In this document: positions 12,591 to 26,091 of the stretch, one piece after another
Numbering within the stretch: position 1 is the stretch's first letter
Layout: each line of letters begins with the position of its first letter
Origin: Podarcis liolepis
Taxonomy: Eukaryota
Direction: 5' to 3' (one strand)
NCBI GenBank assembly: GCA_965112155.1
Contig: OZ218107.1
Length of the DNA stretch: 64,000 nt
Program-made: the position numbers and the translations under genes
The notes under the pieces: model-generated
What the model saw: only the letters and a program-made list of their open reading frames with translations
The model's database searches: none
Told to the model about the DNA's origin: nothing

Positions 12591-15500
12591 CTGAATATGA
12601 AGTACAGTCCAGGCGATTAGTGTGTCAAGAGTAATTTATCCAGGCCTCCTTTTCCTTTCACAGGGATTTCATCACTTGATTTCCCAGTGTTGGAGCACTA
12701 ATGCATGTTTAAATGGTATTATAAAAGTGCTTTGTACTAGGGAGTGTTTCTGGAGTATGGAAAATGACCCGGCCTCTAGTAAGAACCCATTTGTGCCTGA
12801 GAGTACCACATCAGAAACCCAAGCTCTAGAACAGTGCAGGGGTTCTGTTGCTGCAGAAGCACTTGTAGTCTAACTTTTCCTTGCTTGTACAGCAGACGAA
12901 GACTTCTGGTGTCGTGGAAAGGAAGGAAGAGGGAGATTCTCTGTGGCTCCACCAATTAGTCTCTTGTTTGACTTCTTGGAAAACTCCTAACTGCTAAAGT
13001 GCCTTCTCGTATAGAAATCTCCATCTGCTTGTGTCTGACCAGGTTCAACACCAATGCTTCCAAAGGAGGTGTGAAAATATTGCTTCAAAAGCTAAACTTT
13101 AAATTACTAGGCATTGATGAATTGATTTTATAACACTTCAGAATCCTTTTCAATAAAAGGGTTAGCGGTTATAGAGCTTTTCCAATACAGAAGCAAAGAA
13201 ACATAACTAAACTCTACACAATTGGGAAATGCAGAGTACAGCTAATCTTAATCTGAATAGCTGTAACATTTCCCCCTCTCCTTGACACGTGAATATAAAA
13301 AAAGAGGTAGTTGTTGTCAGAGAATTGTTGTTTTCATGTTGTGTCTCATAGACTGCAATTTAAGGTGTCATGGCTGTCAATCTAAGCCAAGGTGTATCTG
13401 AACAATTATATATTCTGTACTACTTAAACTGTAAATCCTCTGAATATATTTGTTGGATTTAATTCTTTTGGTTACTGGAGAGCTAACATGCACAGAAATG
13501 CTTTCCATGTTTGAGAGGCAGGATCCTGGTTCCTGCATTTTTACTTATTTGAAAAGGAGGGATAAGGGGTTGGGTTGCTCAGTGTCTCAGCACAGTAGTT
13601 TAATGTCCACGTCTCAACCCACACTGAACTAATGTCCTGAAGTTGGGTGAACATATGAGTGTGAGCTATGAAAACAAAAGGTTTCCAAAGCTTGAGGAGT
13701 TGCCCTGTTGTTGCCCAGGGAACAAGAAAATCATTTCTTGTAGGGCCTTATTTATATATTTAATTTTAACATGAGTCTATGTTCATTTAAAAATGTTGTG
13801 TGGTCACTGATGGGATAGTTTTGACATTTACAGAACTCGATTAAAAGTCAAGTCTGTACCTGTCACAGAGATCATGAATTTAGAAAGATCTAATTATGTT
13901 AATGCGTTCATGGTGAAATGGCTAGGATAGAGCTTTCTGTTTTCAAGATATGACTCGAAACTCATTGTCCTAGCTCTTTGTTTAAATGATTTAATCATTA
14001 CTTGTTTTAGTTGTAAGTTAATATTTTATTTTTTACTATTCAGCTAAATAACATGGGCAATTTCTAATAAACATTCAAACAAATAAATACAAAACAGGAT
14101 CACAAAGTTATAGAAAAGAAGAGAACCAAATTTAATACAACATTTATAGTAGAAAATAAAATCAATGTGACAGTACTTTTTAATAAAAAAGTGCAAAACT
14201 TTTGAAGCAGTTGCTTAGACATTTGAAATGGCTCACAGAGCCAGAATTTATTTTTACTTTATTATCTTGTCTTTCTGCTCTTACACCAGCAGATTCCTTT
14301 TCAGTATCTGCAATGCTTAAACTATTCAAGTGAATTTGGTTTTAGTGCTGATGACAAATTTCTGGACTGAGACTCAGAAACATCCTGTACCTAAATTCTT
14401 AAGAGCGTTTCCACCTTTTTTCTGATTAACTATTCTGCCCCATCCCTGTTTGGTGGCCCTTCAGGTTTTAGTGAAAAAGCCAATCAGATTCTGAAAGCTG
14501 TGCTACAACAAGATACATAAATCCATACAGAAAATGTTACTGCTTATTCTTACCAGAACAGTAAATATATATTTACATGTTATTATTTTCAGATTTCACT
14601 TGGAATGTCTTGAATATTGTGTTTTGAACTGATGTAGATCAAAATGATATTTGCCAGAAATGACAGTACTGAACTTGTGCAAAATGAAACTAATCCTCTT
14701 TGCACTTAACTGGTAGTAAATGTTTTGAACACAATGGGACTTACTTATGAGTAAGTTAAATACAGTAATGAGAAAAGTCAGTATAGATTAAGTTCTAAAT
14801 TGCAATATGCAAGATAAAGAATGGATATGAATTTTCTGTTATGAAGTAACAAATTTGATCAGCACAGACTTAAATGAAAACTTAGTGTAGGTGGTATTTA
14901 ACTTCAAATACACCTAGTACTATTTATTCAAATATGTTCGACAGTCTTCTCATGATCATTTTTTAACACAGCTTTTTTAAAGACGCATGAAAAGAGATTT
15001 TGTCTAATAGACAGTACCCCCTTAATTTGGTTTAACTTTGGATTCTGGAAAAGTTTTACTAGGTTTTCTAAAAGAGTAAGTAGAACAGGCATATTTACAA
15101 TTAATCATTCGGTTATCGGTAGCTTACACTTTTAGAAATAGTTGTTGCTAATTGTACGAAAACATGCATTACACAAATCTGGGTGGTTTAAGAAGATTTG
15201 GGAAATAGTTAACTTTGTTAAACATATTTTCCAAAAAGTTATTTTAGATCTTATATCAAGAGGTTCATAGAAAGATTATCTTTGTTTATTGAATAATAAA
15301 TTTATTAATGATTTGCAACTGTATAGTGTTATAATTTATCCATTTTTTACAGATTATGTCTGTTAAGCTTTTAAAACCTGTATATGTGGTTTTTCTTTTC
15401 TTTTGTTTTCATATTATGTTAAATTTCATAAATACAGGAAAAATGGACGTAGTTCTTGAAAAATAGTTTACAAACACTGAACAAATATTTCATTTTCTCT

Positions 15501-16231
15501 GTCACTCTGTCCTTTGTTTCCAAAAAAATTGTTACTCAAAATACCAGTTCTCAGTCTTATTTGTTCTAAAAATATCTTAATGTGTGTGTGGGGGGGGGGA
15601 ATGGTTCTGGCTTTGCTATTTTATGAGTTTATTCTTACAACAAGTCCACATTGATGCATATGATACATAGCCAGAACACGTTTTGTTTACCTGGCTTTTA
15701 AAAGGGCACACTTCCATTAATAACACACAATGAAACATTTCAAATTAACATAAATGATAGTTTACATAAGGAACCTACTAATTCTTTTAGTGAAGATGTT
15801 GGAAATTTGGGGACAGTTTATAAAGTAGGTCATGCTTTCAAGGGAGGAGAGGGTGCCAAATCTGTGGCAAAGGATGGATGCGGCATCAACTAACTGATGC
15901 CCCAACTGACAACGTAATTGGAGAAGAAGACTTTTTTTTAAAGACAACTTTGCTGATGACATGAAGTCATCTGTAAGATCCTTCTTATTTCTCAATCTCT
16001 GAAACTGACATCTAGAATTGGGAATGGTACAAAGTGCTACATAATCCGTGTTCAGTTAATGCCAGAGAGTCTTTTTAACTTCAAATCTTGGCTTGCTGTG
16101 ATATGCATAAGCAATAGAACATCTCCTTTGCTCTAAATTCCATATGCAGCGCACAGTTCTTCATGTTTCTAAATGCTTAATCCATTGTGGTATTTAAAAA
16201 TTATTTATTAAGTCTATGCATGTATGTCTGT

Positions 16232-16580
16232 AGGACGCGGGTGGCGCTGTGGGTTAAACCATTGAGCCTAGGACTTGCCGACCAGAAGGTCGGCGGTTCG
16301 AATCCCCGCGACGGGGTGTGCTCCTGTTGCTCGGTCCCTGCTCCTGCCAACCTAGCAGTTCGAAAGCACGTCAAAGTGCAAGTAGATAAATAGGTACCAC
16401 TCTGGCGAGAAGGTAAACGGTGTTTCTGTTCGCTGCTCTGGTTTGCCAGAAGCAGTGTAGTCATGCTGGCCACATGACCTGGAAGCTGTACACCGGCTCC
16501 CTTGGCCAATAAAGCGAGATGAGCGCTGCAACCCCAGAGTCGGCCACGACTGGACCCAATGGTCAGGGGTCACTTTACCG
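16232..16580 (+). mobile_element. Full-length Sauria SINE followed by (GTAT)n
   Basis: tRNA-like head with A box (GGTGGCGCTGTGG) and B box (GGTTCGAATCC), conserved body, CTTTACC tail. Confidence 0.9.
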
Positions 16581-19285
16581 TATGTATGTATGTATGTATG
16601 TATGTATTAAGTTTATAGGGTAGACAATGAGTTGCAAACTGGGGACCAAAATTATATTCAGAACCTGCAGATGAGCACATTTTCTAGTTTTTATTTATGA
16701 TAAGTGATCCCTCCCCCAATATTTTACACACACATCAACACATCCTGCTAGATTAAGCACAAGGGTTTTTTTTTATTGCTTCCAGAATGCCCTTCTTTTC
16801 CTTCTCACCTCTCCCCATTGTCCTGCTTTCACAAGATTTTCTCTCTTGTCAGCAGTTGGCTCTTCTTTCTCTCAGCTAATTCAGACATTCAGGAATAGCT
16901 CATGAGACTCAAAAGACAGTGCCACTTTGGGATTCAGATGCACAATTGCATGCTGGAATATTCTGCCAAATAAAAATACTGCTTCATACATAAAGATAAA
17001 ATGCTGGGAATAAAAAGTAAGAGTCTATTGTTTAACCTGTACAGGCCTGCTTTGCTTTGCTCTAACTTTGCTGAAGCAGACATATTGCAGGCTGTGGTGA
17101 TTGGCAGTTGAAAAAGCAAAGATGAGCTCCCGTTCTGATAAATGTGGACAAAAAAGGGGCATTTACAGTTGGAATGATCAATGCTGATAACTGTAGGAAG
17201 GAAAAGCTGAAACAAATTAGAAAGGAGGCCTGCTGCTTGTGTGAAAGGAATTGTCACTTGCCATAAGTTATTGGACAAGAGACAATCTTTGAGATTTTGG
17301 TGGACAACTAAGAAACTGGTATTTGATTTCAAAACTTGGATTGCAATGGTTGTTTTGCTCCTTTGTGCTGCTTATCCATGTGGCCCAAATCTAGGTTCAA
17401 ATTTGGAGGAAGAATTTGGGTATATAAGTGAATCAATAGATACCAGCTTTCTATTTCTGGGCATAGTGAATTGATAAAGGTAAGTTTTCTATTTTGAAAC
17501 TGATGGACTTGCTAAACAATCATGTAGGGCAACTGGTTGCTATAGTTATTTAAAAAACCATTAGTTTTGCAATTAATAGACTTAATAAATGATCATAATC
17601 AAACAACTTGATTATTTATCCTGCATGCCTTTTATAAAGTATAATTGTTTTTTTAAAAAGGAGATAGGTCTCCCCCCCCCTGTATACCTGCCAAGATGCT
17701 ACAATCACCTTTTTTAATTGCTTCCTGATCATTTTCATATTTATTTAAAATGAATGATCAGACATTTCCAGAAGAAAGGACAAAACTGTTTTTACATAAA
17801 AGCATGAACATTCTTTCCATCTTTGTAATAAGTATTAATAAATAATATGAAAACTGCACATGAGTAGAGCTCAAGTAGTTGCAGGGCACAAGTTTTTCTA
17901 AGTTACCTGGTGCATGATGTTCGTAAGATACTCTTCGACCCTGGAACAAACTAATGTTTTCTCACTACTTCAATTACATTTACTTGAAAAATAATATCAT
18001 CAGCATGTTTTAAACTGTAGTTGTAAAGGAGATCAGTCCCCCATCCCAGCCAATTTTAAATGTTGTGTCATTTGTTTTAGTCCTTTAAAATTGTAATCCA
18101 CCTTGGGTGCCTTTTGGCAGAAAAGCAGCATATAAATGGAATGGATGAATTCTTTCACTTCTGGAGATTTTACAGTTAGGTGTTTCTTTTCACTATGAAA
18201 GTTTGATGACTTTATGTGGTTTGGAAAGAACTGACCAGGGTAAAACTTTTAAGGTTTGTAAAACATTTCTAATGCCATTTAGTAATCTTCTAACTGTCTA
18301 TGACAATTTTTAAAATATCTTCTCCCTCTTACTTAGGCTGTCACTATTTTATCTGTGACCTTTCAGTTCCTCCCTTTATCTGATAATCTCTTGCCAACAT
18401 TTCCTCCTGAATGACTCCTTGACTTTGCAAGTTAATTGAGATAAAGCCAGAGGTGCATGAGACATAAAGAGATTTCAAAAGTGTGTTCACTGTGCTGTAA
18501 GCTTTGTCTTAATATGTTTCTCTAAAATATGAACAGATCAAATTTGGAAGGTTGTCATGCTCTTCCTCACTGTTTGACTGTCAGGCCTTTTCCTTTGGAG
18601 GCACCAACGCCTTGCAGCAGACTGCCTGAGACAGTAGGAGGTTGTGACAATATCTGAGGTGTTTTGCATTGGGACAGTCTCCCCCTGGAGCAGCTAGTAG
18701 CAGTTGCGAGAGGAAGGCAAATGAGTAGGGAAGGAAAGTGTTTTGCAACTGAGTACTTGAGATGGAAGTGGTGCAACCTTCTGTCCAGCTGCAAATTATG
18801 GATGCAATGGTCCCAAACAAACTCTCTCTTTGAAACTGCTTATATGGAAGGATGGAACATACATTCAAAAGCTTGTCATAATGAACATTTGACTTTTAGC
18901 TTTATGACTTCAATTAAGTGAATTGGAACCACATTGCATTTAATATTAAAACAGTGGTCATACACACTTCTAGAAGCCATGCATTTTGAGAGAGACTGCT
19001 GAAGCTATCAGTGATATAGCAATATTGTGTTAGTGTGTGGCTTTGTTGTAGTGAATGGGAGCAAACAGCACAATTTTAAAACTGGTGCAGTTCCAGAGTT
19101 TGCAGAATTCCTGTACTCACCATATGAGGGTGCCCAGAATTAGAGAACTGGAATAGCAGAGAATGCCAAAACATATGCAGTGTGTGCATTATGCCGGCTA
19201 AAATTGCATGCAGTTATTTACCTTTACAAGACAAGTGATGTAAACTTCCATACATTTTTGAAGGCATAATGGATTTTTTTTAGTA

Positions 19286-19493
19286 CAGGCAGCTGCCTTT
19301 TTAGGTGCATCCAATTTGTGTGAGCACATGCACATCACACTGAACCTGGAAGTGACCCAAAAATATCACAAAAGGGGGGGGGAATGGGAACAGCATGGGG
19401 TGTTTCCATGCTTTTTCAATGGTGTTATACGAGATTTCACTTAAACACACAGTGCCTTGGAACACAATCCCTGCATAAATTGGGAGTTGTCTG
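19286..19493. mobile_element. Tc1/mariner-Tigger-like MITE (old)
   Basis: TA flanks; imperfect TIR CAGGCAGCTGCC versus CAGACAACTCCC. Confidence 0.5.
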
Positions 19494-19595
19494 TAGGGCA
19501 TTGAAATGTAGCAGAAAACATAAAAATAAATAATAAAAAACCACTTCCTGTTTGAACTCAAGCTAAGAACGTATACCATATATAATTTGGCTCAT

Positions 19596-19763
19596 NNNNN
19601 NNNNNNNNNNNNNNNNNNNNNNNNNNNNNNNNNNNNNNNNNNNNNNNNNNNNNNNNNNNNNNNNNNNNNNNNNNNNNNNNNNNNNNNNNNNNNNNNNNNN
19701 NNNNNNNNNNNNNNNNNNNNNNNNNNNNNNNNNNNNNNNNNNNNNNNNNNNNNNNNNNNNNNN
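19596..19763. other. Assembly gap (168 N)
   Basis: Run of N in RSBN1L intron 1. Confidence 1.
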
Positions 19764-22700
19764 AAGGAGAGTCAGACTTCTACTCTTGAAGGTACTAGGG
19801 TATATTTTAGTATTTTACTGTTGCAGAAAATTGGAAGGGAATGTTGAAAACCATCAACAGCAGTAAACATTCGTAAAGTTTTTAAAATCTTGGTTTATAT
19901 ATGATTTGCTGACCTCAGTAACATACCGCACAAAGAATATACAGTACCTTTCAGTGAAGAAAGCTCATAAAATATCCTTATAATTAAGATGTAGCAATAT
20001 ATTTGGATATTGTCAGTGCTGTGCTGTAGGCAGGAGTCTGGAGTGAGCCATGAACTGGAAACTATGCGACAAAGAAGAAGTCAAGACCAGTGACTAACCA
20101 AAGATGTAGGAAAATGCCAATGCTCAGGAAGACATTGTTGCTTGAGCAAACCTCACCTTGAAAACAAAAACTTTTATACTTCTTCCTACTGACAAAGATC
20201 CAGTGGTTAGCATGAGTGGGATGTTAGTATGGAAGGTTTATCACTGAGAAGGCTGCTGCCTGTAGTTGAATGAATCACCATACAGGGCAGCCACAGACAG
20301 ATTGAAGCTGCATCCTATAATTATTTAGCTACTCTTGATAATACTATTAAAAAATTCAGATTTTTATCATATGTTTTCACAGGTTTGCAGCCTTACCTGG
20401 GAGTCAGCCCTGTTGGACCCAGTCTGATGCATATTTGAAGGAAATGTCTAGAAGTGGGAAGTTTTAATATTGTTTATATGCTATCCCACCCTTCAGAATA
20501 ATTAGCATGACTATTTAATTTATTAAATGTTAATTGGTGTCATAACAACCCATAATTTCTGATTCTAACCCTCATGCTGATCTTTGTGGATATGAGAAAG
20601 TAGGAAGTTTGCAGAAGTTTAAATAAGCTTTTCTACTATTTCACGTGTTTGTGTAGTTCCTTGATCATGTATATTTCCAAAAATTCATCACATTTTAACT
20701 GATCTAGAACTTGAAAAACTATATCGTGAACATAAATGTCAAGGCATGTCAGACAGCCAGATTGTACTCCTGGACCAAATACCTGAATGTAGTCTGTATT
20801 TTTCAACATTTGTAATTACTCTTCTGATTCCAAATCCTATGTATGTCCCTTGTTTAGTAATGCAGTAAAACTTAGATTTCAGGGCTTGGTGAAGCACCCA
20901 TCCCCAATACACAATGATGTGTTCAGAATGCCTTCTCCATTTCTTTCAACACTAAAATGGTTGGCATTGTTGCTGTAAACCATCTTCATGGTCTGTTGTT
21001 TCTACAATTTAAAAATGACAGCTTTCAATTTTTAATGATAAATTGATAAGCTGGAAGTCTATTATATTTTTAGTATTGTTGCTGACAAACTCTTTTCAAA
21101 CATCTTTCCTTGCTCTCTTGGGAGATAATGAAAAAGGAACATGCTAATAAATATCTGTACAGCCTCCTTGCTATCATTCAAAGCTTTCTGTGTCATAGTG
21201 CATGTAATGAATTTGGCATACAGTTATTACATCATAATTGTTTTTGAAAGTGATTAGTTTCTTTCTTTCTTTCTTTGTGCTTTTTATGCTTTGCTAAAAG
21301 AGTTTTGCCTGGAGTGTGTAGAGCAGGAGTTGTTTTCATAGTGCCTTGTACAATGACCTGTGATTAGATCTCTGTCTCTACTGCAATGATGCAGTAACTT
21401 TGCCCTCTTTCTGTGATGACAGTCCTTATTGTGTGGAATTTTGTTGCATTAGCTGCTTTTGATCTTGATGTGCTTCTTGCATAATATTTTAATGCTGAAG
21501 TGGCATGCCCTCTCTCAGCTGATGCAAACCAGCTGCTGCTTTTGGCATCCTACATTATTTTAAAACAGATGGGAAAAACTTCTGTTCACTTGTAGGTTTT
21601 GAAATGCTTGGTCAATTACTGTTTATTTTGTGTCACTTGTATATTATAACTCAGAAGTTTTCTAGTAACTTGCAGTATATGTACAGTATATACATTTGTT
21701 TAAATGAGCTTGTCAGGAGCTTATTTTGTTCTCCGCATAGGAACAACTGGGACATATAAAAAATGGTCTAGCAACTGAACCCAAATTTCCCAACTGGTCA
21801 GAAGCTCGGTTGGCTGGAAATTTACAGTATTTGAGTTGCTGCATTCTCACAAATGCACAGTTGCTGTTAATTAAGCAGGTCTCCATGTTGACCTGGAGCT
21901 AGCTACCAGCCATAGGTAGATAACACGGGTGCACTCAATCCATGATCTCATCCTAATTAGCGAGAGCTGAGTTGTCACCAGAAACCATGTTCTCTGTTAC
22001 CCAGAGATCTGCAAGTACCAGACTTCAGTCAAGGCCTAAACAGAATAAAGGCTTTTATTGACAACACCCACTCCCATCACCTGATGTCAGACACAGGAAA
22101 GTTAAAATGGTGGCTGCAAAGAAACAAAGAGGAGTGTGTTCTAAGGCAATAGTATAATCCCAATTATTCCTTTGCCATTGCATCTTGAATGTGGAACTGT
22201 GTGAACATGGTGCCTTTTTCTGTCAACTTTTCTTTTTATCAGATAGTGCCTTTGACTCTGACCTTCCCACTGCTTTTGACAGGGATTGGATCTATTCAAC
22301 TGATCGCACTCCAGTTAATCTGATTGCCACCAAAAGCAAGCAAAAGGGTTGAGTCAGAGGCAATATCTGGTAAAAAGAAAGGTCACTTCACATGTTGGCT
22401 GCTTCAGTTGAAGTTTTTTTTTAAAAAAAGATTTATTTTCCTGATTCCACATGACAACTCCAGGGTAATTGAATAGACTGTATATGGTCAGTTTGGCAGG
22501 ACTTAATATTGAGCCAGCAGTGGGTTGGCAGGGGAGCTCAGGACAGTTGTAATGGATTACATTAGAAATTTTCCAACAGTATTGATTTAAATGAGAACTT
22601 TTTGTAAAAATAGTGGCTCCTGTGGAAGAGGAATGTCAAAGGGGGCATACTCCATGCTTTCCATGGATCATGCCAAGCAAAGGGGTCCAAACAAAGGCAC

Positions 22701-22775
22701 TAGCTCATGTCTAGTCAGCTTTTGGCAGTGTTTCCTTCCAGCAGTATTACTTCACATTATTTGCTTCCCCTAGAT

Positions 22776-22902
22776 CAGTGTTCCCCAACCTTGGGCCTCC
22801 AGCTGTTTTTGGACTACAATTCCCATCATCCTTGACCATCCTTGATCCTTGATGGGAGTTGTAGTCCAAAAACAGCTGGAGGCCCAAGGTTGGGGAACAC
22901 TG
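22776..22902. mobile_element. Palindromic hAT MITE
   Basis: Near-perfect arms of about 53 bp starting CAGTGTTCCCCAACC; exact 8-bp TSD CCCTAGAT. Confidence 0.92.
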
Positions 22903-23326
22903 CCCTAGATTGTTCCCATCAGCAAGTCCTTTACCTCTTCTTCTCAGGACTGCTTCAGTCTTGTGTTTTCTTCAGAATATCTAAGCTGTTGTCTTTTTAA
23001 ATTCCATTTTATTGGTTTTCTATTAGTCCAAAATATACAAAGTCATTTACAAAACATTTTGTTACCAAGTCTTATTTTTCCTGACCAGTCTCCTTGGCAG
23101 TAAGTTCCAAGCCCTGAGTTCATCAGTTCTTCCCAGAGCTGCCTCACAGTTCCATGAGTTCCATGAGTTCCTATTTCATTACTATTTCCCCAGGGAGCAG
23201 GAGAGCTAGATAAGCATAGGTTGTTGGTATCACCTCTCAGACAGTGTTAGAAACTCAGATATACAAGTGAGGGGCTAAATGGCGCTTTAAACCTGGGTTG
23301 CAGTCACCACAACAGAATGTCTATTC

Positions 23327-23381
23327 TGGACTAGATGACCCTCAGGGTCCCTTCCAGCACTGCAATTCTGTGATTCTATGA
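23327..23381 (+). mobile_element. CR1 3' tail
   Basis: TGGACTAGATGACCCTC..GGTCCCTTCC..ATTCTGTGATTCTATG. Similar pieces at about 30296-30370 (+) and 12283-12340 (-). Confidence 0.7.
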
Positions 23382-24472
23382 TCTCAGCTACATTGCTTGA
23401 CTGTAGCTTGCTCTTACAACAATTAACTTGTTTCCAGTATGGAAGAGGGAGAAACAAGCACAATGGAAATTGTATTATCTATGGACTAAGGCAAAGGTTT
23501 TTTAACTGTGGTTGCCAACTTGGCACCCAGAAATCTCTACATGGTCTCAATTGGACCCATGCCAGTAGCAAAATGCACCTGGTGCCTGGCTAATTTCTAA
23601 TGCTGCTCTCAGATCACACCTGATGGGACTTAGGAGAACTGCCTGAAAAAGACCTCTCACAAGAAGCAAGGATCACTTTAAGCCAATACCCGAAGAGATG
23701 CCTTATTTGGGCAGCCTGATTATCTAACCTGTTGCCTGTATTTCCACTGGATTTCACTCACATTCTTCTATCTTTCTGAAGATTTTTATATCCGCCCTGT
23801 CTCCCCTTCCTTCTTGGCAGCTGATGGAGAGTGCCTCATCCTTCTTCCACAAGTGGAGTCTCTAGGCAATGTCCGAATGTGTTCTTCTCAGGAGTTATTG
23901 CCCGGTGGGTGCCAGCTGGTGCAGAGTGGGGCATACTGAAAGGGCCAGGTGCCATCAAAGGACTGGGAAGCCCTGACAGCACATTCAGATAAGGGAACTG
24001 TGTTCCTTTTTAAACATTTGTTCTAATTAATGTGATTTTAATTTATTCCAGTGGAGGGAATTCTATTCCCCCCCCTTTTGTTTTTGCCTCACTCACTTTC
24101 ACCTTTTGGCTTCTGTAGGCAGTGGCCAAACCATTTCCCACCATTAAAGCAAGGCTCTCTTTTTAACCCTTTCCTTCACCTGTACTGGAGTGTTTCTTCT
24201 TCTTCTATGCAATATTAAAGTCTGCCCTTTTCATTGGTGGTCTGTCCCCATTCCCCTAGCAAGTTAGGGGTTTTATATGCATGACTCAAGCCCTTAGTTT
24301 TTTTCCTGCCCCTTTACCCTCCCTTTTTGAGGTTGAAGTGAATTGCTGGCCTATTTCTACAGAAAAAAAGGATAGGAACAGTTTTATAGTGCACAATTAT
24401 TGACACCGTATGTCTACAATCACAAAAGAACACTTCTTTCTCATATCCCCTTGCTTCCAGTATTGAGGTGTA

Positions 24473-24725
24473 CAGTGGTGCCTCGCAAGACGAAAAGAAT
24501 TCGTTCCGCGAGTCTTTTCGTCTTGCGATGTTTTTCGTCTTGCGAAGCACGGTCCGTCGCAACTGTGCCTCTTCAAGCAGCTTTTTAAAAAAAGCGCAAG
24601 ACGTTTTCATCTTGCGAAGCAAGCCCATAGGGAAATTCGTCTAGCGAAGCAACGCAAAACCGAAAAACCCTTTCGTCTAGCGAGTTTTTCGTCTTGCGGG
24701 GCATTCGTCTTGCGGGGCACCACTG
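24473..24725. mobile_element. Tigger/pogo-like MITE
   Basis: TA TSD; TIR CAGTGGTGCCTCGCAAGACGAA; internal TTCGTCTTGCG repeats. Same family as 54554-54841. Confidence 0.88.
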
Positions 24726-24937
24726 TATCTTAGATCCTTGTTAATTCCATTATGGAGAGATTGTACCCACCATTCATATTGCAAGATCAGGTTGCCAATA
24801 AAACTAAAGTTATAGCCAAATAACCAGAAGAAGAAAGCACAGCTGCCCTATGTAACAATAACTGGATTTCTTTAACTCAAACCTGATCAGTGACAAACAG
24901 AGTTAAAAGAGTTAACTGGTTACCTAGAAAGTGATAG

Positions 24938-25320
24938 GTAAAAGGTAAAGGTAAATGACCCCTGGATTGTTGTCCAGTCAAAGGCGACTATGGGGTGCAG
25001 TGTGTATCTCACTTCTGTCTGAGGGAGCCAGTGTTTTTCCACAGACAGCTTTCCAGGTCATGTGGCCAGCATGACTAAACCGCTTCTGGCACAACGGAAC
25101 ACCAAAATGGAAGCCAGAGTGCACAGAAACACCATTTACCTTCCTACCACAGCGGTACCTATTTATCTACTTGCACTGGTGTCCTTTCAAACTGCTAGGT
25201 TGGCAGAAGCTGGGACAGAGCAACGGGAGCTCACCCTGCCACACATATTTGAACTGCTGACCTTCCAATCAGCAAGCCCAAGAGGCTCAGTGGTTTAGAC
25301 CACGGTGTCACCACATCCCA
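24938..25320 (-). mobile_element. Sauria SINE (diverged)
   Basis: Reverse-complement similarity to 16232-16580; (GGTAAA)n tail on +. Confidence 0.85.
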
Positions 25321-25943
25321 TGTCTAGAAAGTGATACAGTAGCCCTGAGCTGACTCCAATGGGAAATCTGTAGAGTCGATTAAAGAAACTAGTCAGAAGT
25401 AACCAAGGAATAAAGCACAATTGATAAAAGCAACCATATAATCTTTGTTTCCACATTATAAAACCTGACAAACTAAAAATCATTGGTTAACTCCATTGGA
25501 TGGTGTTGCAGGGCTGTAATTGTGGCAAAAGGTTTCTAAACCAAGTACTAACTGAAATGACGAGAAGTTACAAAATACCCTTTTTTGTGTGTGTGTGTGT
25601 ATAACGTCTTTTATCTGTGTATAACTTTTGATAGAATAAAGATAATTAAACAGTTTGTTGCATTATATTCTTTCTAATGATACATAATTTTATGGCATTA
25701 TTATAAAAATGACTTGTTATAAGCCATCAAACCTCAGAAATACATATCTTCCAAAAGGTTTCCACAATTTTGGCCATGTCTGTAACTGGGTAGAGAAAAG
25801 CAAGCATACAAATCATCATTAAAGCATTTGTATTGGAATAGTTTTGAATCAGTGTTAGAAACTCAAGATACATGTTAGGCACCAAATGGCTCCTTAAACC
25901 AAGGTTGTAGTCGCCAAAACAGAATGTCTGGTTGCCATTTCTG

Positions 25944-26091
25944 CAGTGGCGTAGCGTGGGGGGTGCAGGGGGGTGCCGGCCGCACTGGGCGCAACATCTG
26001 GGGGTTAGGGTTAGGGGGCGCAAATCCATGGGTTAGGGGGCGCAAATTACTTGCCTTGCCCCGGGTGCTGACAACCCATGCTACGCCACTG
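25944..26091. mobile_element. hAT (Tip100-like) MITE, G-rich
   Basis: TIR CAGTGGCGTAGC; exact 8-bp TSD CATTTCTG. Confidence 0.92.

Noticed and set aside
16232-16310. A/B boxes as a tRNA gene
   Set aside because: No cloverleaf; it continues into a Sauria SINE body.
19587-19847. 86-aa ORF
   Set aside because: Artefact of translating across the N gap.
22776-22902. Long hairpin as a miRNA gene
   Set aside because: Fully explained by a palindromic hAT MITE with an 8-bp TSD and a relative at 54927.
24473-24725. Repeated TTCGTCTTGCG units as a CRISPR-like array
   Set aside because: Eukaryotic context, irregular spacing, and enclosed by TIRs and a TA TSD; these are MITE subterminal repeats.
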